46,538 nucleotides of DNA from a virus (IMGVR_UViG_2879754190_000005); one strand, 5' to 3'. Numbered from the stretch's first letter, positions 23,197 to 37,988 are shown. Notes: a model not told the origin generated them from the letters alone. Numbers and translations are program-made.

Positions 23197-24054
23197 CTAA
23201 TTGGGTGATAACAGATCCTGTGTATGGGCGTTTCCCTTTGTGCGTGCGTTGATGCTGGTAACGGTAAACGTCATGATGAACACGACCGCGAATAAGACGA
23301 CAATCGTCGGAGCTGGTGCGCTGTCGATAAAAAAGGACAGCCAGACACCAGTCATTGACACTATTACCGATATGCCAGTCGCCAGTAGGAGCGCAATATG
23401 AAAGCGTTGTGTCAGGAGTACTGCAATGGCGCCAGGCGCAATGAGCAGAGAAATAGAGAGAATGATACCTACTGCTTTCAGCGTCGCCACAATGGTCAGG
23501 GAAACCATGCACAGCAGCCCATAATGCAGCCATCTCGTATGCAAACCGCTTACCTGCGCCTGTTGATAATCAAAGCTGAACAGCAAAAAATCCCGCCATT
23601 TTACGCTAATAACAAGTGTAACCAGCCCGGCAATAATCACCGTCTGGATTATGTCGCCGATGGTTATCCCGAGCATGTCGCCGAAAAGAATATGGTCAAG
23701 ATGTACGTCTGGTTTAATTGCAATATACAAGATCAGACCTGCGGCAAACATGCCAGAAAAAACAATCCCCATAACTGTATCTTGCTTGATTCGGCTGTTG
23801 TCTTTCAGGTATCCCGTCGCCACCGCGCAGAATACTCCGGCGACGAATGCCCCTGTAGCCAGAGGTAACCCCAGAATCCAGGTAAGCACGATGCCAGGAA
23901 AAACCGCATGACTCATCGCGTCACCCATCAGTGCCCAACCTTTCAGGACCAGAAAGACCGACAGCAGCGCACAGGGTATGGAAACTACCAGTGAAATCAG
24001 CAGTGCGTGACTCATAAAGGTGAACTGCAGTGGCTCCAGTAATAATGCCATCAT
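23197..24054 (-). CDS. sitD: Mn/Fe ABC transporter permease SitD
   Basis: 285-aa polytopic membrane protein, last gene of a four-gene minus-strand operon with overlapping stop/start codons. Confidence 0.9.
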   Translation of the reverse strand: MMALLLEPLQFTFMSHALLISLVVSIPCALLSVFLVLKGWALMGDAMSHAVFPGIVLTWILGLPLATGAFVAGVFCAVATGYLKDNSRIKQDTVMGIVFSGMFAAGLILYIAIKPDVHLDHILFGDMLGITIGDIIQTVIIAGLVTLVISVKWRDFLLFSFDYQQAQVSGLHTRWLHYGLLCMVSLTIVATLKAVGIILSISLLIAPGAIAVLLTQRFHIALLLATGISVIVSMTGVWLSFFIDSAPAPTIVVLFAVVFIMTFTVTSINARTKGNAHTQDLLSPN

Positions 24055-24908
24055 GAGCGATCCTCCAGCGCTTTATGCGCACGCCGACGATTTGCCAAAA
24101 GTCCATGGGTGGGCGCAAATACAAATGCTAAAAGAAACAGCAGTGTCTGCGCCACCACGATGATTCCACCTGTCGCGCCGTCCAGAAAGTAACTGACCCA
24201 CGCGCCGAGGAAACTGGTTACACTGCCAATAGTTACAGCAATTATGAGCAGGCGGGGAAAACGATCGGTTAACAACCATGCTGTTGCACCGGGAGTCACC
24301 ACCAGACAGATCACCAGAAAGGCACCAACCGTTTGCAGCGCCGCAACGGTCGAAACCGACAGCAGGGTGAAGAAGAGGATTTTTAATCTGCCCGGATGTA
24401 ATCCAATAGCACGGGCGTGATTCTCGTCGAAAAAGGTCACCATAAGATCTTTCCATTTGAAAAAAAGCACGATGATCGAGAGAATGCCAATGATAGTGAG
24501 TTGCAGGATATCCGCCGGATCGATTGCCAGAATATTGCCCAGGACGATGGTCTGAATGTTCACGGATGTCGGGTTCAATGACACCATAAACAGCCCCAGG
24601 CCAAAAAAGGACGAGAAGATCAGGCCGATGATGGCATCTTCTTTTAAGCGGGTGCGTTGGTTAAGAAACAGCATGCTGCCCGCTGCCAGTCCGCCGGAAA
24701 AGAAGGCTCCCAGAGAAAACGGAAGCCCCAGCATATATGCCCCCGCAACACCCGGGACAATAGAGTGCGACAGCGCATCGCCAATCAGCGACCAGCCTTT
24801 TAGCATCAGATAGCATGACAGGAAAGCGCAGAGACCGCCGACCATTGCCGAGACCCACATCGCATTGAGCATATATTCATAGCTGAAGGGTTCCAGTAGC
24901 ACGTTCAT
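24051..24908 (-). CDS. sitC: Mn/Fe ABC transporter permease SitC
   Basis: 285-aa membrane permease paralogous to the downstream gene. Confidence 0.9.
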   Translation of the reverse strand: MNVLLEPFSYEYMLNAMWVSAMVGGLCAFLSCYLMLKGWSLIGDALSHSIVPGVAGAYMLGLPFSLGAFFSGGLAAGSMLFLNQRTRLKEDAIIGLIFSSFFGLGLFMVSLNPTSVNIQTIVLGNILAIDPADILQLTIIGILSIIVLFFKWKDLMVTFFDENHARAIGLHPGRLKILFFTLLSVSTVAALQTVGAFLVICLVVTPGATAWLLTDRFPRLLIIAVTIGSVTSFLGAWVSYFLDGATGGIIVVAQTLLFLLAFVFAPTHGLLANRRRAHKALEDRS

Positions 24909-25732
24909 CTTGCTTCCCTCTGCACCGCTGACGGTCGATGTGCCACAAAAGGGCGTTCATCGTCAGTAATAATGCTTTCTTCCGAGCCGTTAAGTGTGAC
25001 ATGGCGCAGTACGCCGCTAAAAGCCAGCTCCAGGTTCTCGGCTGTAAAAGTGGTGTCTGTCGGCCCGCTTGCCAGGACGGTGCCTTTGACCATGACCGTA
25101 TAATCGCAAAATGTCGTGACTGAGCCGAGATTGTGCGTTGAGACAAGCATCGTTTTGCCTTCCGCGCGTAACTCCCTCAACAGGCTGATGATTTTCGCTT
25201 CGGTTTTCACATCAACGCCGGTAAAAGGTTCATCCAGCAGGATCACATCACCCTGCTGTGCAATTGCTCTCGCCAGAAAGACGCGTTTCTTTTGTCCACC
25301 GGAAAGCTCGCCGATTTGACGATGGCGAAAATCCACCATATCGACACGTTCCAGCGCATCGGTGACAATCTGACGATCCCTCTTTTTGGCTATACGCAAC
25401 ATACCCATATGCCCATAGCGGCCCATCATCACCACATCTTCCACCAGTACAGGAAATGACCAGTCAACCTCTTCTGACTGAGGGACGTAGGCAACCAGGT
25501 TTTTCTGTAGCGCCTGTCGCGTGGGAATACCCAGAACAGATATCTTTCCGCTGGTCAGACGCACAAATCCCATAATCGCTTTAAACAACGTCGATTTTCC
25601 GGAACCGTTTACCCCAACCAGAGCGGCAATAGATCCACTTGGTACTGTGAAGGATGCATCGCGCAGTGCTGTGTGCCCGTTACGCCAGGTGACAGTAACA
25701 TCATTAACGACAATGCCTGCAGATTGCATCAT
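24905..25732 (-). CDS. sitB: Mn/Fe ABC transporter ATP-binding protein SitB
   Basis: Walker [13 protein letters not shown] signature LSGGQKKR, Walker B ILLDEP. Confidence 0.93.
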   Translation of the reverse strand: MMQSAGIVVNDVTVTWRNGHTALRDASFTVPSGSIAALVGVNGSGKSTLFKAIMGFVRLTSGKISVLGIPTRQALQKNLVAYVPQSEEVDWSFPVLVEDVVMMGRYGHMGMLRIAKKRDRQIVTDALERVDMVDFRHRQIGELSGGQKKRVFLARAIAQQGDVILLDEPFTGVDVKTEAKIISLLRELRAEGKTMLVSTHNLGSVTTFCDYTVMVKGTVLASGPTDTTFTAENLELAFSGVLRHVTLNGSEESIITDDERPFVAHRPSAVQREAR

Positions 25733-26646
25733 TATTTCTCCCTTTTCCCGGCTTTAATTCCCTGTACCAGCGTACTGGTAGTAACCTTAAGAAGGTCGAT
25801 ATACGTAGGTACCGGGCCGTTTTCTGTGCTCAGGGAATCGACATAGAGCACACCGCCGTAGTGTGCGCCGGTTTCACGCGCAACCTGACGCGCTGGTTTA
25901 TCGGAAATCGTACTCTCGCTAAAGACTGCCGGGATATGATTTTTCTTAACTATATCAACAACCTTACGTACCTGCTGCGGTGTTCCTTGTTGATCGGCAT
26001 TAATCGGCCACAGATAAAGCTCTTTTAGCCCCAAATCGCGTGCGAGATAAGAAAAAGCCCCTTCACTGGTGACCATCCATCGCTGATTCTCAGGGAGTTC
26101 CGTAATCTGCTTACGCAGGGGGGCAAGGGTTTGGGTAATCTTGGCTTTATAAGTATCGGCATTACGTTGGTAGGTTTGTGCATTTGCCGGATCGTATTTT
26201 ATCAACGCATCACGAATATTATCGACGTAAATCAGAGCATTATCTGGCGACATCCATGCATGGGGATTAGGTTTGCCCTCATAGGGTCCTTCGGTGATCC
26301 CTACTGGCGTCACACCCGAAGAGACAATTACTTCTGGAACCCCATTGAGATGCTGGTAAAAGCGTTGGAACCACAATTCCAGATTCATACCATTGGCGAG
26401 AATCAGTTGTGCCCCCTGCGCACGTTTAATATCGCCAGGGGTAGGCTGATACTCATGAATTTCTGCACCAGGCTTGGTTATGGATGAGACTTCTGCAGCA
26501 TCTCCAGCCACGTTTTTGGCCATATCCGCGATGATGGTAAATGTTGTAATGACCTTGAATTTTTCAGTTGCACTTGCCTGAAATGCGATCGAGCAGGTGA
26601 GGGCGAGGCACCCCAAGAGCATGGTTACTTTTTTTATTGAGTGCAT
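25732..26646 (-). CDS. sitA: Periplasmic Mn/Fe-binding protein SitA
   Basis: 304 aa with signal peptide [26 protein letters not shown] and cluster-9 metal-binding protein character. Confidence 0.93.
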   Translation of the reverse strand: MHSIKKVTMLLGCLALTCSIAFQASATEKFKVITTFTIIADMAKNVAGDAAEVSSITKPGAEIHEYQPTPGDIKRAQGAQLILANGMNLELWFQRFYQHLNGVPEVIVSSGVTPVGITEGPYEGKPNPHAWMSPDNALIYVDNIRDALIKYDPANAQTYQRNADTYKAKITQTLAPLRKQITELPENQRWMVTSEGAFSYLARDLGLKELYLWPINADQQGTPQQVRKVVDIVKKNHIPAVFSESTISDKPARQVARETGAHYGGVLYVDSLSTENGPVPTYIDLLKVTTSTLVQGIKAGKREK

Positions 26647-26678
26647 AATTTAGTACCTATAGTGAGCAAAATTAGAAC

Positions 26679-26700
26679 AAACATAGCAACGGCTATGTTT
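26679..26700 (-). promoter_or_regulatory. MntR-box-like palindrome upstream of sitA
   Basis: AAACATAGC-AACG-GCTATGTTT perfect 9-bp inverted repeat, 33 bp upstream of the sitA start. Confidence 0.6.
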
Positions 26701-26722
26701 TATAGCATAACCTATACAAAAT

Positions 26723-26741
26723 GAAAATAATTATCATTAAC
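26723..26741 (-). promoter_or_regulatory. Fur-box-like site upstream of sitA
   Basis: GAAAATAATTATCATTAAC, about 15/19 to GATAATGATAATCATTATC. Confidence 0.5.
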
Positions 26742-27077
26742 AGCTTTGAGGCCTAAAACAGGGATTAGGTTGTTTCCTGCTGGCGACATGATATTGAGGA
26801 AAAAAGTAGAGCAGCTATTAGGCTTTGAAATGACTTTATGAGGAAAATTGTTGATGGCAAAAATGGGGCAAAAAAGAGTGGGTTATCGTAGCTTATTGTT
26901 GTCGCTGATAATGTTTAACATATTGAAAAATAAATAAAATACTTATGAGTCAGATAGTTGTGATTTTTGCCCTTACTTGTTCAGGTTGTATTGTTCTTTC
27001 TTTGTAATTTGTTGATTTTCTTGCATTATTTCAGTTCTCTGGTACTAAATGGGGCAAATTGGGGGCAAACTTTGCAA

Positions 27078-27717
27078 CTACGATAACCGCGCATTCAACA
27101 TGGCTATCTGTTCGTCGTTCATGTCATCAATCCACATACCGTAAATTTCATACACCATTTGCGCAGTTTCATGCCCCATCTGGCTGGCTATAAATGCCGG
27201 GTTCGCTCCTGCCGTCAACAGCCAGCAGGCAAAAGTATGTCGCGTATGGTACGGATTACGGCGGCGAATACCAGCACGTTTTACTGCTGCATTCCATCTT
27301 GTACCCAAACTGCTTACCGAGTAATAAGGTTTCTGTTTTTCGTTACACACCCTGGGCATGAAAACAAAATGCAGTTTTTGTTTTTCAGTTCTGCCGTACT
27401 CCCGATGATAAAAAGTGATTTCGCTTTTGCGATGATGCCCGGTCAGTTTGTATTGCTCCTTCAGTGCTTCAAGAGCCGGCTGCAGTAATGCTACCGTCCG
27501 GATCCCGGCATTTGTTTTTGGGGGACCGAACATATCAAGTATCGTCAGGTTTCTTCTGACATTCACAATTCCCTTCTCGAAATCCACATCCTCCCACGCC
27601 AGAGCTGCCAGTTCCCCGTGACGAAGCCCGGAGTAAACGGCAAATTTCCACAAGTTTTGGCTCTGTCCTTTTTCACTTTCCATTAATGCATTGAATTCTG
27701 TTTTAGATAACGGGTCA
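27078..27717 (-). pseudogene. Phage tyrosine integrase, C-terminal fragment (N-terminus removed at the IS1 junction)
   Basis: ...HTRHTFACWLLTAGANPAFIASQMGHETAQMVYEIYG catalytic C-terminus; the upstream part of the reading frame runs into the IS1 end at 27718. Confidence 0.8.
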
Positions 27718-28485
27718 GGTAATGCTGCCAACTTACTGATTTAGTGTATGATGGTGATTTTAAGGTGCTTGCGTGGCTTCCATTTCCATCAGATGTCCTT
27801 CCTGCTCCGCTACTGAAGGCGTGGTGCGTAACGGCAAAAGCACTGCCGGACATCAGCGCTATCTCTGCTCTCATTGCCGTAAAACATGGCAACTACAGTT
27901 CACTTACACCGCCTCTCAGCCCGGTACGCACCAGAAAATCATTGATATGGCCATGAATGGCGTCGGATGTCGCGCCAGTGCACGCATTATGGGCGTTGGC
28001 CTCAACACGGTTTTACGTCACTTAAAAAACTCAGGCCGCAGTCGGTAACCTCGCGCATACAACCGGGCAGTGATGTGATTGTCTGCGCTGAAATGGACGA
28101 ACATTGGGGCTACGTCGGTGCTAAATCACGTCAGCGCTGGCTGTTTTACGCGTATGACAGGATACGGAGGACGGTTGTGGCGCACGTCTTCGGTGAACGC
28201 ACTCTGGCCACACTGGAGCGTCTTCTGAGCCTGCTGTCGGCCTTTGAGGTCGTGGTATGGATGACGGATGGCTGGCCGCTGTATGAATCACGCCTGAAGG
28301 GAAAGCTGCACGTTATCAGCAAGCGTTACACTCAGCGCATTGAGCGACATAATCTGAATCTGAGACAACATCTGGCAAGGCTGGTACGGAAGTCACTGTC
28401 GTTCTCAAAATCGGTGGAGCTGCATGACAAGGTCATCGGGCATTATCTGAACATAAAACACTATCAGTAAGTTGGAGTCATTACC
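27718..28485 (+). mobile_element. IS1 copy 3 (no target duplication)
   Basis: 768 bp; InsA 27773-28048, InsB 27967-28470; flanks AACGGGTCA and CACCGGAAC differ. Confidence 0.92.
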
Positions 28486-28873
28486 CACCGGAACTGATTT
28501 GATGAACTATCAACGCTCTTAAATTCCCGGCCTTTTTAATGTTACTGTTAGTAATCTCCCAGCCTTTCAATGTTTCCCGACATCGTTTTCCTCGAAACAT
28601 GAACCAGATGCGAATGTATTTACCTCGAATCTCGACACCTGTTGGTAATTTAGACATATCATGAGTCTTTGATAAACTGATTTATCTTCGGATAGTTGTA
28701 CCAGATAATCCCTCGCTTACTGTCTGGCTTCCCTAAAGGAGATACTCGTTTGAAGTGGAAGCCTTCCACCCAACAGTTCTGGCGGTATGCTTCAATTTGT
28801 CTGGCACCCAGACCAGTGCGAAGCATCAGGCTGAACCGCCCCGGGTTTCCTGGAGAGTGTTTTATCTGTGAAC

Positions 28874-29758
28874 TCAGGCTGCCAGATCATCGTTTCCGAT
28901 GGAAGCATAATAAGCTTTTTCTGCTTCTGCCGGAGGGATGTGGCCCAGCCTTTCCAGCAATCGTCGATTGTTATACCAGTCCACCCACGTTAGTGTGGCC
29001 AGTTCCACTTCTGCACGGTTTTTCCAGCTCTTACGGTGTATTACCTCCGCTTTGTAAAGACCATTGATGCTCTCCGCCATCGCGTTGTCATACGAGTCGC
29101 CTGTACTTCCTGTTGATGCCAGTAATCCGGCTTCCTTAAGCCGCTGTGTGTAGGCCAGCGATACATACTGAGAACCTTTATCACTGTGATGGACCGTGCC
29201 GGACGGTCGACGGGCCCATAACGCCTGCTCCAGTGCATCCAGCACGAATGTCGTTTCCATGGACGATGAGACCCGCCACCCCACGATGTATCCGGCAAAC
29301 ACATCAATGATGAACGCCACATAGACGAAGCCCCGCCATGTGCTGACGTAAGTAAAATCAGCCACCCACAGCTGGTCAGGTCGTTCTGCCACGAACTGAC
29401 GGTTTACGCGGTCGCCTGCGGCAACGGCTTTCCGGCTGATGGTCGTACGGACCTTTTTACCCCGGAGAACACCGGCAAGTCCCATAACCGCCATGAGACG
29501 CCACAGTGCATCTGGCCACTCTGATACCTTCCCGTAACAACTGACGCCAGACTTTACACCGTATACCTTGTGATTTTCATCGTATACGCGCTGTATCTCT
29601 TTCTTCAGCCAGTCATCGCGCTGCGCACGGGCACTGCGTTTATCCGGATGATGTCGCTGTTGCTGACAGTGGTAATACGTTGACGGGGCAATATGCAGTT
29701 CGCTGCATAGCGGTCCGACCCCGTACTGCTCACGCAGCTTATCCAGCAGTGGCATCAT
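28874..29758 (-). CDS. IS629-like OrfB transposase (DDE), apparently intact
   Basis: 294 aa with the IS3-family integrase-core motifs (...WVADFTYV...HHSDKGSQY...). Confidence 0.85.
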   Translation of the reverse strand: MMPLLDKLREQYGVGPLCSELHIAPSTYYHCQQQRHHPDKRSARAQRDDWLKKEIQRVYDENHKVYGVKSGVSCYGKVSEWPDALWRLMAVMGLAGVLRGKKVRTTISRKAVAAGDRVNRQFVAERPDQLWVADFTYVSTWRGFVYVAFIIDVFAGYIVGWRVSSSMETTFVLDALEQALWARRPSGTVHHSDKGSQYVSLAYTQRLKEAGLLASTGSTGDSYDNAMAESINGLYKAEVIHRKSWKNRAEVELATLTWVDWYNNRRLLERLGHIPPAEAEKAYYASIGNDDLAA

Positions 29759-30081
29759 TTTTTCCAGAGGCGGTCGAACTCCGCCTTCGCAAAATAAGCG
29801 GAAGCCTGGCGAAGGATATCGTTACTGCGGCGCAGTTCACGATTTTCACGCTCCAGCTCTTTCAGACGCTGACGTTCAGCGGTGGTGAGCCCTCCATCAC
29901 CGCCCCCGGTATCCCGCTCATGCTGGCGAACCCAGACACGCAGAGTCTCCGGCGTACAGCCAATCTTTGGGGCAATGGAACAAATTGTCGCCCATTGTGA
30001 GTCATATTCGCCCTGACTTTCCAGAACCATACGGACTGCCCGTTGACGGACTTCGGGGGAAAAACGAGTATTTTTAGTCAT
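29755..30081 (-). CDS. IS629-like OrfA transposase subunit
   Basis: 108 aa HTH/leucine-zipper protein [21 protein letters not shown]... Confidence 0.85.
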   Translation of the reverse strand: MTKNTRFSPEVRQRAVRMVLESQGEYDSQWATICSIAPKIGCTPETLRVWVRQHERDTGGGDGGLTTAERQRLKELERENRELRRSNDILRQASAYFAKAEFDRLWKK

Positions 30082-30155
30082 CCTGTTTACCTCTTTCTCA
30101 GGAAGTTTAGTCTCCAGGATTCCCGGGGCGGTTCATTCCCAAAATGCACTTGGTT

Positions 30156-31267
30156 TTACACCGGAATATTCTCATCGTATCCTGCTTGTTGCGTTTCGTT
30201 TTGTGTTTGTGGATCCGGGAATGCATATTCAACGCCTTCCAGTTCAATCCATAGTGCATTACGACCAGCTTTGATTGTCGGCCAGTCCATACCTTTGATT
30301 CTTTCCCATGAGCGGGAGGTGAATGTTTTTTCCAGCAAATCAGCTTTTGCGCGTTTGGCGTCGTTACTGGTGCCCCCATGGTGCTTGTTGAGCAACTCGA
30401 TAATTTCATCAAGTTAATTTCATCAAGTGCGATTTCTTTTGCACGCTTTTCTTTTAGCCATGTCGGTGTACCGTCGTTGGCAAATAATTCACTGTTATCC
30501 CGTGAGGTATCGATGCCGGGGTGTTCACCTCCCAGGTTAAGAGACTCGATATGAGGAAGAAAGTTTTTAAATGTTGGGTTTGAAAATACCTGTCCATCAA
30601 TACGGGTGGAGCGATCTTTTAGTATTCTGGCGGTGCGCCACACCTGACCGGTTTCTATGTTCATTTGCTTCTCCATCTGGATCCGGATGGAGGGTTCATA
30701 ACCGGTTTCTGTTTCTGCTTTCATTTTTATACCGGTTTTTGCCAACTGGCGTTTGCCATCATCACCTTCGAAAAAGTCATACTCATATCCTGCACGCCCG
30801 CACATAATAATGTGCGCCTGACTGTTAACAAATCGATCGGTAAAGCGTCGCCACTCCTGTTTGAGCCACGCCCAGTCTGAAAATTCCAGTCCTCGTTTAC
30901 GGTTTCGGCGTCTGGCATACTCGTCGCATAATCCGGTCCAGAAGTGACTGATGGAGTCGATGATCATTACGGAACCGCTGCTTTCCGCTTCATTAATGGC
31001 TTCAAGCAGATCAACAAACGAGCGGGTTTTTGCCGTAAATAATTCGATATTTTCCGCATCAAAGCGGGGTTTAACCCAGTCAGAGCCTGTTTCTGTGTCC
31101 AGAAACATTACCGGGCGGTTACCAGCTTCAATTCCCCGTTGCCGCATAAGCATTACCAGACCAATAGCCAGTTCGCTTGCTGTGTAGGTTTTGCCGTCGC
31201 CAGCAAACCCCATAATTCCTGCTTTTAGATAGGCCTGTGTGTTTATTGCTCGTTGAAAAAGCGCCAT
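30156..31267 (-). pseudogene. Phage RecA-like (Sak4-type) ATPase with frameshift from a 14-bp tandem duplication
   Basis: Walker A GFAGDGKT, Walker B MIIDSIS; tandem AATTTCATCAAGTT / AATTTCATCAAGTG at 30401-30428 shifts the frame; removing one unit restores an ORF ending at 30156. Confidence 0.5.
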
Positions 31268-31272
31268 AGATT

Positions 31273-31567
31273 TTAGTCCTCCAAATCAATATCAACCTGG
31301 TGGTGGGCAATGGTTTCAGCCATGTACCGGATGTGTTCTGCCATGCGCTCCTGAAACTCAACATCATCATCAAATGCGTGGCTGATTGCCTGTTTATTGG
31401 CACCGTGGCGTTGCAAATGGTCGATGCAGAGCGATTCAAACAGGTGCTGAGGCAGACCTTTTTCCAGGTCGTCCGCCAGTTCCGTTTCTTTTTCTTCACG
31501 AACGATCTGCTGGTAGTGACGAGCCCATGCCATTTCTTCAATACGATCAAAAATCGGATAAGCGCTC
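31273..31567 (-). pseudogene. Hypothetical phage protein, N-terminus removed at the IS600 junction
   Basis: ORF 31273-31593 reads in from inside the IS600 left end, so the true start is lost. Confidence 0.4.
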
Positions 31568-34079
<2,512 letters not shown>

Positions 34080-34083
34080 CAGG

Positions 34084-35508
34084 CTACCTCAAGGCAGCCA
34101 GTAATTTGTCTGCATCGACAGGATTTTTGGGCGGAATGTTTTTCCGGGCTTCATGGAGTTCTGCCCGTAGTTCCTGATATTTCTCATCAACAGAATTTAC
34201 CTGTGACTGAGCATCCAGCGGCTGCGTGTTCTGATGATGTTCAGTTGCATCCGGTTCCATTGTTTCAGCCGTTGCCTGTTCATCTGCCATTGCGCCAGAT
34301 GGCTGCGTTTTTTCTTCATCATCCTGTTTTCCTTCTTCTGTTACACGTTGCGGCATCGGGGCAGAGGAGCGACCGCAGGCAATATCCACGATTTCCGGAT
34401 CAGGGTTGGCATGATCGGTTTCAGTCAGTACCTTGTTCAGATATTCAGTGACGTGAGCGGGGATGACCTCGATACCAATCGGTGCTTCTTTCACTGACGC
34501 AACCACGATGGCGCGGGAATAATCCATCCCGCCAGGCATGGTGATGAATTTGTCGCGGAAAACAGAAAAGGGCGGTTTATTTTCAGCGATAATTTCCTCG
34601 ACACGTTTAGCGTGTGCCGGATGAAGGTTATAAATGTCCACGTCCATTGAACGAGCCAGTACGCCAGTGGCTACGTCGCGCGCCAGTGACGTCAGATCGT
34701 GAACGAAACCTTCGCCGCGATCGGTGAGGTTCCCGCCGCCAGCATTAGCGCCGGAAGCCGTGCGCGTGATGCGTGAAACACGATTTCCTTTCATCCACTC
34801 TTTTGTCAGCAGACCGCGATCGGTGTAGTCTGCGTCCATGTATGCTTCGAAAAAAGCAGTCATCAGCCCCAGGCTTGAATTGCCTGGATTAGGGAAAACT
34901 CTGTCAGTATCACGCACCAGTTTGTGGAGATCGCGAATTTCCAGCGGATCGAGCAGGCTGGTTTTGTGGGAAACAGCCAGGGCAGTAACAGCTGGTAGTT
35001 CTTCATCCCGAGCAATGTGTAATGCCTGGAGTTCGTCGCGTGAAACGTGCGTTACTGGTTTTTCGCTGCCGTGTTGCGCAAGCCAGCGAATGGGCAGTTC
35101 CTGACCGGAAACTGGCAGGAGCATGTTCTCCTCAATTTCTGTCATGTCTTCGCCGTTGACGTTGGTATTGTCAGTGCTGGCCGGTTTGTCCTGAACAGAG
35201 GGAGAAGATGCGATAAATACCATTGTGATGCCATCTTCCCCGCCTTTTTCGTAACGGTTGCAGAATTCCGTATCAAATACGCCTTCTGGCGGGAGGTCAT
35301 CAACAACGGGCAAATTGACGCGAACAGGTTTTTTAAAGTCATCTTCATCGTAGCCTGCATCGTCAATCGCAACAGCACCACGGGAGATGGCAATGGATAA
35401 TTTTTTCGCTTCAGCCCAGTAAAAACCGCCTTTAATACCGAGACGTTTTCTTACTTTGTCATTTTTTGCTTCGTAATACAGTGGGTAAACTTGTTTATCG
35501 GTGTTCAT
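34084..35508 (-). CDS. Hypothetical phage protein (474 aa); last codons and stop overlap an IS600 terminus remnant
   Basis: Long ORF with acidic central region; its final codons overlap the inverted IS600-end remnant, so the 3' end may not be native. Confidence 0.45.
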   Translation of the reverse strand: MNTDKQVYPLYYEAKNDKVRKRLGIKGGFYWAEAKKLSIAISRGAVAIDDAGYDEDDFKKPVRVNLPVVDDLPPEGVFDTEFCNRYEKGGEDGITMVFIASSPSVQDKPASTDNTNVNGEDMTEIEENMLLPVSGQELPIRWLAQHGSEKPVTHVSRDELQALHIARDEELPAVTALAVSHKTSLLDPLEIRDLHKLVRDTDRVFPNPGNSSLGLMTAFFEAYMDADYTDRGLLTKEWMKGNRVSRITRTASGANAGGGNLTDRGEGFVHDLTSLARDVATGVLARSMDVDIYNLHPAHAKRVEEIIAENKPPFSVFRDKFITMPGGMDYSRAIVVASVKEAPIGIEVIPAHVTEYLNKVLTETDHANPDPEIVDIACGRSSAPMPQRVTEEGKQDDEEKTQPSGAMADEQATAETMEPDATEHHQNTQPLDAQSQVNSVDEKYQELRAELHEARKNIPPKNPVDADKLLAALR

Positions 35509-35607
35509 TGTTTTTTAACCTCAACTCAGATTAAAATTACTGCGAGTGATGAATAAATGTCCCAGGTTCTTCATTCAGGCCTGCACAGTGTGCAGGCTTT
35601 CTTTTTT

Positions 35608-35883
35608 TCAGATTTCACCTTTTAATTTCATTGCAATCAGAGTTGCCAGAAATTCGGCTTTTTTTTCTGCGGGCAGATTCTTTCCTATGTGCACCAGACA
35701 CATTTTTTTTACACCATCGTTAAGTGTTTTAACGTTGCCTGATGGACCGTCGATATCAACCACAGTGAATGGGGTTTCTTTATTTTCTGTCTTAATCACG
35801 TAGCCAATACGCTTTCCTTCCAGATTAACCTCGTGAACAATGTCATCAGTAGTTACAACAGTGGCTTCATAACTGGTAATCAT
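35608..35883 (-). CDS. Hypothetical small phage protein
   Basis: Internal Met MITSYEATVVTTDDIVHEV... chosen as start within ORF 35608-35931. Confidence 0.35.
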   Translation of the reverse strand: MITSYEATVVTTDDIVHEVNLEGKRIGYVIKTENKETPFTVVDIDGPSGNVKTLNDGVKKMCLVHIGKNLPAEKKAEFLATLIAMKLKGEI

Positions 35884-36127
35884 GTTTTTCTCCTTAATTA
35901 AGGTTGAGCGAATCCCTGCCATTGCTGGCATAAATTCAGTTTCGGATAGTCAGTTAATTAAAGTTCGTGTGCCATCTGGTCTTTTTCGGCACAGATTTCA
36001 CTACAATATTTTTTCATTTCCGTCGTTGGTATAACTCCACGCATGAAATGAAGTGGTCTTGTAATGATTTTGCTTTCTTCAATTTCTTTATTGCAAAGGT
36101 GATAAGCACATTTTATTTTCTTAGTCA

Positions 36128-36349
36128 TTACCATGACTCCGCCTTTACAGGTAAACCATCACGACCGAGGAAGACTTTAATCATGCAGTCAGAAATGCAT
36201 GTTTTTGTAGTCAGGCTACGAATATAAAGTTTTCGCTTTTTAATATTGTTTGCCGAGGCGATATATGTCCGACCTTCATGAAGAATATAATCGCCAGGAG
36301 TCACACACTGACGTGGTATTTCATCAGTTCCGAAGTGATGAGCAATCAT
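36128..36349 (-). CDS. Hypothetical small protein (73 aa)
   Basis: ORF whose TAA stop overlaps the ATG of a downstream 56-aa Cys-rich ORF (35958-36128, minus strand, below the ORF-track cutoff). Confidence 0.3.
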   Translation of the reverse strand: MIAHHFGTDEIPRQCVTPGDYILHEGRTYIASANNIKKRKLYIRSLTTKTCISDCMIKVFLGRDGLPVKAESW

Positions 36350-36414
36350 GGAAGCCTCCTTAATAAACAGTCTTACAAAGGAAATCTCAGGAAAGTTATT
36401 TAATACTTAGCAGC

Positions 36415-37744
36415 TGGATTTGCCCCTATATTTCCAGACATCTGTTATCACTTAACCCATTACAAGCCCGCTGCCGCAGATATTCCCGTGGCGAGCGATA
36501 ACCCAGCGCACTATGCGGATGCCATTCGTTATAATGCTCGAACGCCTCTGCAAGGTTCTTTGCTGCCGTTAACCCGTCTGGTTTGGGCATGATACTGATG
36601 TAGTCACGCTTTATCGTTTTCACGAAGCTCTCTGCTATTCCGTTACTCTCCGGACTACGCACCGCCGTGTTCTTCGGTTCAAGTCCCAACATCCGGGCGA
36701 ACTGGCGTGTTTCATTAGCCCGGTAGCATGAACCATTATCCGTCAGCCACTCCACTGGAGACGACGGAAGATCGTTGCCGAAGCGGCGTTCCACCGCTCC
36801 CAGCATGACGTCCTGTACTGTTTCACTGTTGAAGCCGCCGGTAGTCACCGCCCAGTGCAGTGCCTCACGATCACAGCAGTCCAGCGCGAACGTGACACGC
36901 AGTCTCTCTCCGTTATCACAGCAGAACTCGAACCCGTCAGAGCACCATCGCTGATTGCTTTCTTTCACGGCCACTCTGCCTGTATGTGCCCGTTTCGATG
37001 GCGGTACAGCAGGTTTTCGCTCAAGCAACAGCGCATTCTGGCGCATGAGCCGGTAAACACGTTTGGCATTGATCGCAGGCATACCATCAAGTTCTGCCTG
37101 TCTGCGAAGCAGCGCCCATACCCGACGATAACCATACGTGGGCAGCTCTCCGATAACATGGTGTATACGGAGAAGCACATCCGTATAATCAGTGTGACGA
37201 CTGCGGCGGCCATCCATCCAGTCATCGGTTCGTCTGAGAATGACGTGCAACTGCGCACGCGACACCCGGAGACAACGGCTGACTAAGCTTACTCCCCATC
37301 CCTGGCAATAAGGGCGCGTGCGCTATCCACTTTTTTGCCCGTCCATATTCAACGGCTTCTTTGAGGAGTTCATTTTCCATCGTTTTCTTGCCGAGCAGGC
37401 GCTGGAGTTCTTTAATCTGCTTCATGGCGGCAGCAAGTTCAGAGGCAGGAACAACCTGTTCTCCGGCGGCCACAGCAGTAAGACTTCCTTCCTGGTATTG
37501 CTTACGCCAGAGAAATAACTGGCTGGCTGCTACACCATGTTGCCGGGCAACGAGGGAGACCGTCATCCCCGGTTCAAAGCTCTGCTGAACAATTGCGATC
37601 TTTTCCTGTGTGGTACGCCGTCTGCGTTTCTCCGGCCCTAAGACATCAATAATCTGTTCTCCAATGACAAGTCTAAAAACTGGTATTAAGACTATCACTT
37701 AAATAAGTGATACTGGTTGTCTGGAGATTCAGGGGGCCAGTCTA
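36415..37744 (-). mobile_element. IS2 copy 2 with 5-bp target duplication GCAGC
   Basis: Termini TGGATTTGCCCC (36415) and ...CAGGGGGCCAGTCTA (37744); GCAGC at 36410-36414 and 37745-37749; orfB 36426-37265 continuous (279 aa). Confidence 0.9.
36426..37265 (-). CDS. IS2 OrfB (InsD-type) transposase segment, continuous
   Basis: 279-aa [22 protein letters not shown]...; the same sequence in copy 1 is split by a 2-bp deletion. Confidence 0.8.
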   Translation of the reverse strand: MSRAQLHVILRRTDDWMDGRRSRHTDYTDVLLRIHHVIGELPTYGYRRVWALLRRQAELDGMPAINAKRVYRLMRQNALLLERKPAVPPSKRAHTGRVAVKESNQRWCSDGFEFCCDNGERLRVTFALDCCDREALHWAVTTGGFNSETVQDVMLGAVERRFGNDLPSSPVEWLTDNGSCYRANETRQFARMLGLEPKNTAVRSPESNGIAESFVKTIKRDYISIMPKPDGLTAAKNLAEAFEHYNEWHPHSALGYRSPREYLRQRACNGLSDNRCLEI

Positions 37745-37988
37745 GCAGCTGCTCTACGGTCATATTTTTAATTGCGCTCCGGTTTACAAGAGCCCACCCC
37801 TGTTTTTCCAGATAAAACTGGAAAGTATCCAGGGTACAGACCAGTGCACCGTCAGGAACAGTTTCGGTGAATCTGATATTGCCGTGTTCGTCGAAGTGCA
37901 CAACCAGAGTGCGACCGTTACCCGGAATCATCTTGTCAGCGGACGGGGTATTATTCTGGTGCAGTTCTGCCTCCATGCGGTCGAACAT
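37745..37988 (-). pseudogene. Small phage protein with 3' end interrupted by IS2
   Basis: MFDRMEAELHQNNTPSADKMIPGNGRTLVVHFDEHGNIRF...; joining the IS2 flanks gives ...KNMTVEQLLSIK* so the insertion lies 5 codons before the native stop. Confidence 0.4.

Larger units (their letters stand above)
28832..30135 (-). mobile_element. IS629-like IS3-family element (no target duplication)
   Basis: Termini TGAACCGCCCCGGG... at both ends in inverted orientation; OrfA 29755-30081 and OrfB 28874-29758 overlapping in the -1 frame; flanking trinucleotides GGC and TTC differ. Confidence 0.85.

Noticed and set aside
23398-25757. Plus-strand ORFs overlapping the sit operon (23398-23868, 23651-23911, 24556-24813, 25116-25319, 25521-25757)
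   Set aside because: Antisense to well-supported ABC transporter genes, with low-complexity or odd composition; likely spurious.
26655-26675. Partial T7-promoter-like 11-mer (CTCACTATAGG) on the minus strand just upstream of the sitA start codon
   Set aside because: Only the core 11 of 23 positions match and the upstream recognition region (-17 to -5) is absent; most likely coincidence within the sitA 5' UTR.
30107-31267. 386-aa ORF in the ORF track as the full-length ATPase
   Set aside because: Its last 80 or so codons are out-of-frame sequence produced by the 14-bp duplication, and its end lies inside IS629.
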